Part shown: positions 52,187 to 61,898 of the stretch, piece after piece
How positions within the stretch are numbered: position 1 is the stretch's first letter
How the letters are laid out: each line of letters opens with the position of its first letter
IMG/VR virus record: IMGVR_UViG_3300027969_004705
Coordinates: 1 to 64,000 of that record
Direction: 5' to 3' (one strand)
Origin: a virus
Length of the DNA: 64,000 bases
The notes under the pieces: generated by a model
The model's database searches: none
The model's input: only the letters and a program-made list of their open reading frames with translations
Told to the model about the DNA's origin: nothing
Translations under genes and position numbers: made by a program

Positions 52187-53389
52187 TTAAGTTAATGGGT
52201 TTAATGGCGCCATTAAACCTAATGGGTTTACTGTCTCATTGTTATATTTTGAGGCAGGATTAGGCACAGTAGATTGCATCGGTGCAGGGGTCAAACCATC
52301 AAAAAGACCAGGTGTAGACGGTGTATCAAAAAACGATGGCTTATTATTTGGAACACCTTGATATGTCGCTGCGGGATTATTGAGCGGTCGATTTAAAAGT
52401 TGGTAACGCGACGCTGTCGTATTTGATGTTGATGTTGCAGTATTAGGTATAGGTGACTGTAGAGGACCGATCGGTATACTATCAAGTAAACTTGGTATGG
52501 CTGGCTCATCGAAGAATCCCGGCGCTGTGCTAGGAGTACCTTTATATGTTGCAGCTGGATTAGATTGAATTGGTCCTACAAACTCTGCCTCATTTACTGC
52601 TTGTGGTTTAATTACTCTTGCAGCAGGTACCGGAAGTGATGTGGATCCTTGTGGTGCTGCTTCTCTACTATAATAAAGTTCTACAGTATTATAGTGAGAG
52701 AAAGCAAATGATACTATCTTATTACTTAATTCTGTAAAACTCATTTCTCCATAACTTATAGCATCTCCCGCTACATTAAAAGGCACAGCGTTAAAAAACA
52801 CTATTTTTTTTCTAGGTTCAAGTTTAGCGTTTGCAGAATTAAACCGACCTGTAGAACTACTCGCATTTTTGTCTCTGGTATAAAGTGTTATAGTTATAGT
52901 GCATTTAATATCTTCGTCTGCATTACCATCTTCTATTAAACCTTTATGCGAATTAGCTATAATCCACGGCTTAATAAAATAATCTATTATATCAATATTA
53001 GTCTCTAAAAACGTAATATCAAGTTTATTTTGTGAACCATATGATGCTCTATCTCCCGATACATATCCCATTAAAAATCCTCCACTATTTCGTAGCTCCT
53101 CTGTTGATATACTATAGCTTTCAGTTGGAAATCCAACTGCTTGTGCTAATAAATAGCCATTATTTCCAGAGCTATCTGTTTGATCTTTTATAAGACTCTC
53201 TTCTATTTTCCAATCTCTTGCTTCACGTCTTTCATATTGTGAAAAGACGGTATTTATGCGTTTTCCTAGAGTAGCAGTATCGTTACCATCACGAGTTGCA
53301 AAATCTATAGTCCATAGAGATTTTAAAGGAAGATCATTCTTCCAATTCTTGTGTAAACTGAGTCTTGTTTTAATAGGTGAATTAGCCAC
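52187..53389 (-). CDS. Tail tube-like protein (gp54-like) with a Pro-rich repeated C-terminal extension
   Basis: ITFLETN, IKPW, FFNAVP, VSFAFSHY; tandem NPAATY repeats. Confidence 0.6.
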   Translation of the reverse strand: MANSPIKTRLSLHKNWKNDLPLKSLWTIDFATRDGNDTATLGKRINTVFSQYERREARDWKIEESLIKDQTDSSGNNGYLLAQAVGFPTESYSISTEELRNSGGFLMGYVSGDRASYGSQNKLDITFLETNIDIIDYFIKPWIIANSHKGLIEDGNADEDIKCTITITLYTRDKNASSSTGRFNSANAKLEPRKKIVFFNAVPFNVAGDAISYGEMSFTELSNKIVSFAFSHYNTVELYYSREAAPQGSTSLPVPAARVIKPQAVNEAEFVGPIQSNPAATYKGTPSTAPGFFDEPAIPSLLDSIPIGPLQSPIPNTATSTSNTTASRYQLLNRPLNNPAATYQGVPNNKPSFFDTPSTPGLFDGLTPAPMQSTVPNPASKYNNETVNPLGLMAPLNPLT

Positions 53390-53415
53390 CTAAATATTTA
53401 AGAGGTTAACTACTT

Positions 53416-53955
53416 TTATAGAGTTTTTTCGTAAAAGTGGTAGGATAATGTAACTGAAACATCTACAGTAGCGCCTGTACCACCTGATATATTATACTCT
53501 ATATCATTAATATTTTTTAACTGCACTCCTATGAGTTTATATTCAGATATAACATTTAACTTTTTATCGACCTGCCCTAAGACAATATAAGAATTATCAT
53601 CAGGTGTACCATAAGCACCAGTAGAGGTTGTATCGTTAAATAAATTACGCGAAGCTTCTTCAAAGAAACTACGTAGTTCACTGTTTTGATCTAAAAAGAA
53701 AGTAATGCTATATCCATCAGATCCTGGATATGTTGCTGTACCTGCAGAATTAAGATTTAATCCCATGTATGGTACAGCAATATTAGTAATGTTACGACCA
53801 GGTAATTTAGCCGTCTTAGCGTATACAAGCTGATCTTCAGATAAAGCTGGCATTCCGTCTAGTTTAAAATCGAGTACTCTAAAAAGAAAGTCTCTTGAGA
53901 AGTCTTTAGTTGCAGCAACTCTGTAAAAGTTTTGTATATTTTGATTTACGGCCAT
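53416..53955 (-). CDS. gp19: Tail tube protein (T4 gp19-like)
   Basis: LPGR.I..I.VPYMG...GTATYPG...ITF..D...LR..FE, YKLIGV, VTLSYHFY. Confidence 0.85.
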   Translation of the reverse strand: MAVNQNIQNFYRVAATKDFSRDFLFRVLDFKLDGMPALSEDQLVYAKTAKLPGRNITNIAVPYMGLNLNSAGTATYPGSDGYSITFFLDQNSELRSFFEEASRNLFNDTTSTGAYGTPDDNSYIVLGQVDKKLNVISEYKLIGVQLKNINDIEYNISGGTGATVDVSVTLSYHFYEKTL

Positions 53956-54005
53956 ATTATTATTTATATCTGTATACGTAATATTTATTATTTTTTTGCT
54001 AAATC

Positions 54006-55715
54006 TTAAGTGACAGTCTTAGTATATAAAAAAACTAAATTACCACAATCATATATCTTACGATATCCTTCCTCATACATAATTTCTGTTTCTGTTTTAA
54101 TATTGTCGAATGCTTGAAAGTGTTTTAATTTATGTTTTTGAAAATTGAGTCTACTAAGTAGATTTATAGTATCTTTCGTATAAAAAAAGTTAGGTTTAGA
54201 TGTTCTTATTAATTTAAAGCCATTTTTTAAATATGATTTACCATCTGAATATCTTAAATCGCAGTAAGATATAATATCTTCATTTATCTGACCAGCACAA
54301 TGTTTAAATAACTTACTAAATCCTCCTACTACACTAGTATTTAGTTTACAACAATATCTGACTAGTTCCACTTGATTATTTGCATTTATTTTCCTATGTG
54401 AAAAAGACATAGCTGCGTAAATTTCATTATCTATTTTTAGTCCATAATCTAAAAAACTTTGACAGTTACCTTGTATGTGGTTCTGTATATAAAATTGTTT
54501 TTTTTCATCTTTTGTAAGTCTTACGAGGGTACATTTTCTTGCGTATTTTCTGGTTTCTAATTTATTTAATTTAGCTAAAATAATTGATTTCACGATGTCT
54601 TTTTTTAAAATCCATTCATTCTCAAATACGGTAATTAAATTGATGTTATTAGTTTGACATATTTGATTTTTAATTGAGTGTTTTTGACGGCCGGATGCTT
54701 CATGATGACTATTACAAGGATAAGTAGTACCATATGAATGCCAAAGAACACCATTATATTCAATACCTACTGCTTTATCAGGTATAAATAAATCGATTTC
54801 AATACCATTAACTTTTGCATTTTTTATAGTATTAATATTGTATTGTTGTAAAAATTCATTAATTTCATCTTCAGCCCGACTTCTGTTTTTGCCATACCCG
54901 GTGCAATTGTTACAACAAATTTCCTGCCATAACCCGCAAATAAATAATTGTTGTTTTACACTGTTACATTTTTTGCATTTAATATCTATCACACGTTGCT
55001 TATTAATATTGCTAATATCTGTTAAAATGATAAAGTTTTTTGTTACTTCTTTTTTTATCTGCTCTATCTCATAACTATGTTTATTTTCTTTAGAACTAAA
55101 CTTACTATATCCTAATGTACTATTAATATAATTACAAAATCCTTTATCATATGATATTTGTCGCTGATCTATATTATTTTTTAAACAATAAAATCTTTCA
55201 CCCCACTGTGCATCTATTGGTAGAAAGTCTGTCCAATATCTAACACTACATAATAGATCTATATTTTTTTCTATATCCCAAGCTTTAATATTAGTTTTAA
55301 ATTTAACAATTTGCTGTGTAACAGCATCTTTAGATATAATATTAAAAGTGTGTGTTTCATAGCACTTATTAAAGTGGTTTTTAATATCAGAATATCGTTG
55401 CTTTATTGAAGATGTGTTAACTATTCTATTTTTATACATCATTGTTTTACTTTGACTGTACTTTTGAGCGTTTGGTGACCACTTTAAGTATTCACTAGTC
55501 ATTTCACATACACATCGATTAGTTATATTATTTCGTATACAGTAAATTCGTTCTGACGCACTTGCAGTACTTGGTAAGAACTCTGTAGCTTTACATATAT
55601 CAGTTTTTAAACTAATATTATCTTTAGCATTATACTTAGTTGTTGAGATTGTACCTACAGATGAATATATTTTGTGTATGTTATCTAAGATATGAGTCCT
55701 CAATAGTGTGTTCAT
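54006..55715 (-). mobile_element. Free-standing Hef-like endonuclease gene (PD-(D/E)XK domain plus GNAT/Mom-like C-terminal domain)
   Basis: SRAEDEI, EIDLFIP...GIEYNGVLWHS, VFENEW, YARKC, NHIQG, ELVRYC, VVGGFSKL, ISYCDLRYS, IYDCG; inserted between sheath and tube. Confidence 0.75.
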
Positions 55716-55737
55716 ATAAACATTTAATACTATAAGT

Positions 55738-55776
55738 TAAAAAAAGCGCGGATTTAATTTAAATTAAATCCGCGCT
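55738..55776 (-). terminator. Terminator after sheath (perfect 32 bp palindrome with T-run on - strand)
   Basis: agcgcggatttaattt|aaattaaatccgcgct, preceded on + by an A-run. Confidence 0.8.
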
Positions 55777-55789
55777 ATAATTTACTTAA

Positions 55790-58186
55790 TTAATTACTAC
55801 CTACAAGCTCTTCAAACTTAGTATCTGTTCTTGTAGCGTAGAAGTTAACTTGTATGAACTCTACTGTCTTAACAGGTTTCAAGTAAATATCGACTACAAG
55901 CTCGTTATTATCAATTACTTCTGCGCTGTTATTTCTTTCATCACAAACGATAAGATAATCATACAACCCACCAGCTGCCTTAACTCTTTCAAAGAAAGGA
56001 GATAGAGTGTTAACAACACGAGTTCTAGTAAAGAGTGTATTGTTTTCAAACAAGAAGAACTTCATTACCGACTTAGTAGCTTTTTCAAGATATAAGAAGT
56101 TACGACGAACATTAATTCTATCAAAAGCACTTGGTTTCTTAAGCAATGTCTTTTGTCCAAAAACAACGATACCTTGATCAGGGAAAGTTGTAATAGGATT
56201 AAGACTTATTGTATATAAGTCATCTCGTTGACGTTGATTAGGAGAGAACGCTACGTCAATAGCATCTGTAATAATACCTCTGTTAAAACCAGCAGGTGCT
56301 CCCCATGGACCAATTTCAACATCAGTTGCTACCATTTTAGCAGCAGCATAACCTGAAGAAGGTATATACACATTAGTACCGCTATAAGCATCATACACTT
56401 TTAAATAATTTGCATATGTTGTAGCATATGAAGTGTTAGCAAAGCTGAATTGATTTCGTAATGCCCAATATATATTGGTAGAGAAGTTTTTACTTGCATC
56501 ATTTACAGTTTTGTTATTTTTACCAGTTACAAGAATTTGTCTAATTGGATCAGCAATAAATATTAAATCTCCGCGGCCACCGTCTTTTACAGCACCCGCG
56601 AAGGTTGCAAATCTACTAAATACAGTATTATAAGCATCTCGAGCATTAACTCCTGCAGTAGTTAAATCACCAGAAGTTCCTAAGTCTGTTATACCTTGTG
56701 TTGTTTGTAAATCATCAAAATAAGCTGAAAGAGCTGTAATTGTCTGAGTTTTAACATATGTGTGTATAGTACCTAAACCACCTTCAGCAATAATATCAAT
56801 ATTGAATAGGTCGGGATTACGAATACGAGTTAAAGCTCTATCAATCTTAGTAGGTATATCACCAATAATTTTTTGTTTAACACTAGCCTGAGCAAATGCA
56901 CCTATAGGATATAATGAATCAGCAAAACCGTAACTTGATAAGAGTGCAAAAGCACCTGAAGATGCTCCGTAAATAGAATAATTTGCGCTAGTAGATGTGA
57001 TAGCTGTTTGAAGTTGATTGGATATAACACGAACTTTCTTTTTAGGGGTACCGTCAGTATTTAACTGAACACCGGTAAATGCATCTGCAACATATGGATT
57101 AACTAATACATCAACATTTGCTGATTGGTCACCCACATTACCGAGGAAAAAGTTAATAGGTGCACCACCATTTACATTATTTATTTGACGAGCAGCACCA
57201 ATTGATCCGTTATAACCTTCGTCTAATACATAATCAAGTTGATTGGCATCTGTAGAGAAAACAGATTGTCTTAACTTAAATATCCCTAAATTAAGTGTAT
57301 CATCAAATTCACGAGTACCAGTATTATATCCCACCAGTTTTTCTTCCATTATCTGGGATATAGTATTTACTGCAGGATTAGCACCTCCAGCTGATGTTGC
57401 AGATAGTCCAAATAGTAATCTTGATTGAGGTATTCTAGTAAAGTTAGATGCAGCTAAGCCTGTACTAGGAGCAGATTGAGTAACTGTAAAGGCGTTAAGC
57501 ACACCATCGTAATTACTTGCTGGATTAATGTTTGTATTATCAGCTAATGCTGTATAATATCCAGTATACTTACCATCAATACTAGTCTGAGCTTTATTTA
57601 CAATTATAAGAGCAGCAGAAGATAAAGCAGAAATAGATGCAAACACTCCGGTAGTATTAGCAGAACTTGTCGCGCTCCATGTAAATAAAGTACCATTTAA
57701 AAGTTTTAAATAATCTGTTTTTGTGATATTAAATTGTGTTGGACTTCCAATAAAATAATTAGTAGAAGATAACCCTGCCACTCCAGTTGTATCAAATGTA
57801 GTTTGAAGAGTATATCCAAATGCATCAGATGTAGCTGACGATGCTCCTTGAGTTACAGTTATAGCTGGGAAAGCTAATAGAGATATAGTAGAACCAAAGC
57901 CTTCACCTGTACCGTCTCCATAAGGTAAGCGATTTACTAATATTTGACCAGTTGAATTAAATGCAGCTTTTACGGTATAATAAAAATAACGCTCAGCGGG
58001 ATTTTTTGGAGTTCCATAAATTTGTTCAAATTCAGAAAAACTTGACACTCCGACAACTTCATCTGTCGGACCTTGATCAGCAAAGCCGGTTGTATAGATG
58101 GTTGTGCCAGCAGGAGAAGGGAGTCGTAGTGATAAATCTATTTCTTTAATTTCAACACCAGGTGATTGAATAGTACGTTTAGCCAT
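55790..58186 (-). CDS. gp18: Tail sheath protein (T4 gp18-like)
   Basis: SPGVEIKEIDLS, PWGAPAGFNRG, GQKTL...SAFDRINVRR, FENN...TR, IYLKP...EFI. Confidence 0.95.
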   Translation of the reverse strand: MAKRTIQSPGVEIKEIDLSLRLPSPAGTTIYTTGFADQGPTDEVVGVSSFSEFEQIYGTPKNPAERYFYYTVKAAFNSTGQILVNRLPYGDGTGEGFGSTISLLAFPAITVTQGASSATSDAFGYTLQTTFDTTGVAGLSSTNYFIGSPTQFNITKTDYLKLLNGTLFTWSATSSANTTGVFASISALSSAALIIVNKAQTSIDGKYTGYYTALADNTNINPASNYDGVLNAFTVTQSAPSTGLAASNFTRIPQSRLLFGLSATSAGGANPAVNTISQIMEEKLVGYNTGTREFDDTLNLGIFKLRQSVFSTDANQLDYVLDEGYNGSIGAARQINNVNGGAPINFFLGNVGDQSANVDVLVNPYVADAFTGVQLNTDGTPKKKVRVISNQLQTAITSTSANYSIYGASSGAFALLSSYGFADSLYPIGAFAQASVKQKIIGDIPTKIDRALTRIRNPDLFNIDIIAEGGLGTIHTYVKTQTITALSAYFDDLQTTQGITDLGTSGDLTTAGVNARDAYNTVFSRFATFAGAVKDGGRGDLIFIADPIRQILVTGKNNKTVNDASKNFSTNIYWALRNQFSFANTSYATTYANYLKVYDAYSGTNVYIPSSGYAAAKMVATDVEIGPWGAPAGFNRGIITDAIDVAFSPNQRQRDDLYTISLNPITTFPDQGIVVFGQKTLLKKPSAFDRINVRRNFLYLEKATKSVMKFFLFENNTLFTRTRVVNTLSPFFERVKAAGGLYDYLIVCDERNNSAEVIDNNELVVDIYLKPVKTVEFIQVNFYATRTDTKFEELVGSN

Positions 58187-58222
58187 ACTATTATTTATAA
58201 AAAAATTTACACTTTTATAAAA

Positions 58223-58801
58223 TTACACTGCTAAAAGTTCTGTCTGCAACTGAGAATATACAAAAGTGAAAGAAGATTCAATCTCACCTCCGTCTCGATA
58301 ATTATATGTAACACCTCCTAAGGTAGTTGGAAATGCTTTTACATATTTAAATTTTATACGTTGATTATCAAATTCATCCAATCCAAAAATAGAGATGTCA
58401 GTTTGATAATCAGCAAAAATTGCATTGTCGGTTAGAGAACTCTGATCAAATAAGCCTGTTTTTTCATCATGTAATAATTCTAACCACTTATAAATAACCC
58501 AATAATTATTATATTCATTATCTATTGTAAAATTAACTGTTACTGGTGGATAGGGATTTTTAGAATGAGAAGAATTATACAAAGTACTACCTGCATATCT
58601 AATCTCTAATGCAGGTACTGTTATCTCTGGTACTATTGATCCATATATAGAAAATTGTAGCGAGTTTTCTATTATGGTATTATTAGATCTTTCTTGTCTT
58701 GTATTTATTTTACGTAAGGCTGCTGGTACTTGAAATACAAGTTTGAATTTATCAGCTCTTGATTTATTTAAAGAGGATTGTTTATAACTATTCGACGCCA
58801 T
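58223..58801 (-). CDS. Tail tube terminator / gp3- or gp19-like protein
   Basis: VNFTIDNEYNNY..IYKWL, FKYVKAFPTTLGG..Y, FTFVYS. Confidence 0.7.
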   Translation of the reverse strand: MASNSYKQSSLNKSRADKFKLVFQVPAALRKINTRQERSNNTIIENSLQFSIYGSIVPEITVPALEIRYAGSTLYNSSHSKNPYPPVTVNFTIDNEYNNYWVIYKWLELLHDEKTGLFDQSSLTDNAIFADYQTDISIFGLDEFDNQRIKFKYVKAFPTTLGGVTYNYRDGGEIESSFTFVYSQLQTELLAV

Positions 58802-58809
58802 ATTAATAT

Positions 58810-60513
58810 TTATAACAAACTCCAGCCATTGCTTTGTAAATCAAATAAATCATCTCCTTCATTGTCATCTCCCATACCAAATACGACAGCTTGAGTTGTA
58901 CTGCCTCCAATACTTGTAATTTCATTATCTAAATATATAGAAGTAGGTTTTTCAAATAAGGATACTCCAAAATCCATTGGTCTAATATCTTTTGGTTTAC
59001 CTCTTTCATCTAACTCTATGATTTCAAAAAATCTTTCTGTTAACTCTCTTTCTAATATATAAAGAGCATACATTAAAGACATTACTCTATCATCATGAGC
59101 TGTACCTCTAGCTCTCCAAGTTCCGTTAGGCTGCCTAACAAAGTCTTTTAACTCTTTTAATGTGTCTATATCGTTAAATTCAATACATTTTACTTCATTA
59201 AGGAAATATCTCATATTTAAAATACCTTTATATTTGGTATTAGTATGAGCTATCATTCCCATTTGCGCTCTATTTCTACCTGCTACTTTTGCTCCATAAG
59301 ATACAATTTTTTCATATCCCATGTCGAAGACTAGTCTATCAACTACTTGCGCGCCGCAGTTATTACGTTCTATTAAAGCAATTGGACTGCCCCAATTACG
59401 CAGTATGTTATAGAGCTTATTTGTAAATTCGAGAGGCGCAATATTATTATTATGATATACTGCTACTTGTTTAATTTGTGCTAAATCAGTAATATCTAAT
59501 ATTTGAATAACTGAAGCATCAACCCCTACTCCTTCTGCTATATCAACTCCTGCTACATATACACGAGCCGCGTCAGGTTCTTCCCATATCTGATAATGAT
59601 CTTCATCTAATATTATAGGTGCTGGCTTACAATTTTGAGATAGTTTATAAAATAATTCTTCATCTAAAGAAGAGTCTCCTGTTGCGAGAAATACCGTTTC
59701 ATATTCTTGTAAGAATGATTCTGTAGAACCTAAAGCTCTAATTTGCTTCTGCTTCCACTCTTCATCTCTTCCTGGTATAGCTGACCAAAGAACTCTCTCA
59801 TATACAAATTCATTTTCTTTCTTTTCAGCACCATCAAATAAAGTATGGAAAAGATTACCAGTACCATTAGGTGTAGATGCAATTAGTACTTTTGATTTTT
59901 TCGAACGTGATATAGTAGGAAATACTGAACGCCAAAAGTCTTGTAGTATTGATTCAGGTTCAATAAAAGCCATTTCATCAATAATTAATGTATTAATGGA
60001 TGCACCACGAGCCGCACTACCTGTTGTAGTACTAATACCGATACGTGAACCGTTTTCTAACTCTAGTGAGGTTTTGCCATATTCCTTAACACCAGGTTTG
60101 GACCAATTTGGCATCTCTTCGTATGCTAACCTAACTCTTCTAAATATTTCTATAGCCGTAGATTCTTTATTAGCTACAATAATAATATTTTGATATTCAT
60201 TAAAACAAGCTATCCATAATGCGTAAATTGTCAGCATTGTCGTTTTACCGATCTGCCGACTTGCTAATAATATAACTTGTCTATTGTTTAAAAGAGTATT
60301 AAGCGCTTTCTTTTGATAATCGAAAAGCTCTATCTTAAGCTTACCTTTATCTGGATCAATAATATAAAAGAAATTTTCTGCAAAGTAAAGTAAATCTTCT
60401 TTACATTGTTTTAAATCATTTACCATTTCTAAGGTATACTCTTCTTTCCAGTGCTTATTTGGCAAATTTGGATTACCTAAATAATATTCGCTTTTTGAAC
60501 TTTTTTTTGCCAT
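58810..60513 (-). CDS. gp17: Terminase large subunit (T4 gp17-like)
   Basis: YLGNPNL, RQIGKTT, IIDEMAFI, ASTPNG, FLQEYE, GVDIAEG, HDDRVM. Confidence 0.95.
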   Translation of the reverse strand: MAKKSSKSEYYLGNPNLPNKHWKEEYTLEMVNDLKQCKEDLLYFAENFFYIIDPDKGKLKIELFDYQKKALNTLLNNRQVILLASRQIGKTTMLTIYALWIACFNEYQNIIIVANKESTAIEIFRRVRLAYEEMPNWSKPGVKEYGKTSLELENGSRIGISTTTGSAARGASINTLIIDEMAFIEPESILQDFWRSVFPTISRSKKSKVLIASTPNGTGNLFHTLFDGAEKKENEFVYERVLWSAIPGRDEEWKQKQIRALGSTESFLQEYETVFLATGDSSLDEELFYKLSQNCKPAPIILDEDHYQIWEEPDAARVYVAGVDIAEGVGVDASVIQILDITDLAQIKQVAVYHNNNIAPLEFTNKLYNILRNWGSPIALIERNNCGAQVVDRLVFDMGYEKIVSYGAKVAGRNRAQMGMIAHTNTKYKGILNMRYFLNEVKCIEFNDIDTLKELKDFVRQPNGTWRARGTAHDDRVMSLMYALYILERELTERFFEIIELDERGKPKDIRPMDFGVSLFEKPTSIYLDNEITSIGGSTTQAVVFGMGDDNEGDDLFDLQSNGWSLL

Positions 60514-60531
60514 ATAATTATAAATACTTAT

Positions 60532-61482
60532 ATGTCAAAAAGAAAAAATACAGATCTTAATTCAATTGGTAGCATATACGGTGACATGCTTAGTAATGTA
60601 CGTACAATTGAAGAAAAAGTAAATGAGATTGGAGAGGCACCTTTACAAGATGGTGGACCTCTTGAAAGAGGTGGATTTACAAAGAAAGCTGTTGATAGAC
60701 GTACTCTATCAGATAAAGAAAAAAAAGGTAATTTATATAATAGTGATAACTTATCTGAAGAGGATGAGGAAGGTGAAAAAAAACATTGTAAGCATGCTGA
60801 AGAGGGTTGTGATTGTGATGAGTGTGCTGAATGTAAAGCTAATCAGAAAAAAAACTTAGGAGAAAGTAGAAAAATAGTTAAGAGAAGCTTAAATAATTTT
60901 ATGAGTAAGAAATCTGTATTCGAAAAACTTTATGAAAATGTAATGGGTAATAACTTCTCTTCACCTGATGTTAGTGAAGATAATGTGAAGTTAAACGATA
61001 GGAATGCCCTCGGCTTGGCTGATGCTGACACTGACGATGAATATGGAGACGAGGTTGAAGATCAAGTGACCTTTACTCTTGATCGTGAGACAGCTCAAAA
61101 GCTTATTGACGTTATGCAAGCTGCCCTAGGTGATGTAGAATCTGATATGGAGGACGATGGTATGGAGGATGATGGGATGGAGGATGATGGTATGGGAGAC
61201 GAAAATGATATGTATGATGAAGATGAACAAACAGCTGTTAGTCCTAGCTCTACAACTAGTCATGCTAAGCCAATGAATACCAAATATAACAACGGTAAGA
61301 ATAACAAAGTTGGTAATTTAAAAGCTCCAAAAGAACAGGTACATTCAAAGTATACTGATACCGTAGGACATGTCGGTGATTATGGTCATGCTTTAGTTAA
61401 TGCAAAATATGCTGACGGTAAGGTTAACAAAGTACAATCTGATACCAAGTCTGAAATTGGTAAGAATATGTTCGAGCTGTAA
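60532..61482 (+). CDS. Acidic low-complexity late protein (candidate prohead core/internal protein)
   Basis: TATAAATA 5 nt upstream; CDCDECAEC; MEDDG x3; internal FEKLYE. Confidence 0.7.
   Translation: MSKRKNTDLNSIGSIYGDMLSNVRTIEEKVNEIGEAPLQDGGPLERGGFTKKAVDRRTLSDKEKKGNLYNSDNLSEEDEEGEKKHCKHAEEGCDCDECAECKANQKKNLGESRKIVKRSLNNFMSKKSVFEKLYENVMGNNFSSPDVSEDNVKLNDRNALGLADADTDDEYGDEVEDQVTFTLDRETAQKLIDVMQAALGDVESDMEDDGMEDDGMEDDGMGDENDMYDEDEQTAVSPSSTTSHAKPMNTKYNNGKNNKVGNLKAPKEQVHSKYTDTVGHVGDYGHALVNAKYADGKVNKVQSDTKSEIGKNMFEL
61147..61200 (+). repeat. 15 bp tandem repeat encoding (MEDDG)3
   Basis: atggaggacgatggt atggaggatgatggg atggaggatgatggt. Confidence 0.85.
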
Positions 61483-61503
61483 CATAATTATATAAAAAAA
61501 GAG

Positions 61504-61536
61504 AACCCAAAGGATGTTATGTCCTTTGGGTTTTTT
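61504..61536 (+). terminator. Rho-independent terminator
   Basis: aacccaaagga...tcctttgggtt followed by a T-run. Confidence 0.8.
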
Positions 61537-61550
61537 ATTAAATAATAATA

Positions 61551-61898
61551 ATGACATCTTTTCGGAAATACATTTTAGAATACTATAAAGGTAACTCCAT
61601 TTTAAATGCTAAGATGGTAGGTAATCACAAAGACCCTAATAGAGTGTTCCAACGCAAGAAATCCAACACTGTACCTATCCAGCATAAAACCATACACCCC
61701 CTTATACGTAAAATAAGTGACGGTGAAGTAAATACCAAAACTATAGGAGGATCCGAGCTTAATCATTTATTAAAATTATATAATATGAAGTTTGCACCTG
61801 GAAAAACTAAGGTAATAGGAAATTCTAATGTTTCTATTACTATGAGAGTTAGTCGCGGCGGTATTCAACAAGGTATTTGTAGAAACAGAAAATTATGA
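61551..61898 (+). CDS. Basic late protein (candidate internal head protein)
   Basis: TAAATA 6 nt upstream; MTSFRKYILE. Confidence 0.7.
   Translation: MTSFRKYILEYYKGNSILNAKMVGNHKDPNRVFQRKKSNTVPIQHKTIHPLIRKISDGEVNTKTIGGSELNHLLKLYNMKFAPGKTKVIGNSNVSITMRVSRGGIQQGICRNRKL

Noticed and set aside
58810-60513. Intein or intron in terminase, helicase or polymerase
   Set aside because: Lengths are normal and no splice-junction motifs or frame breaks were seen.
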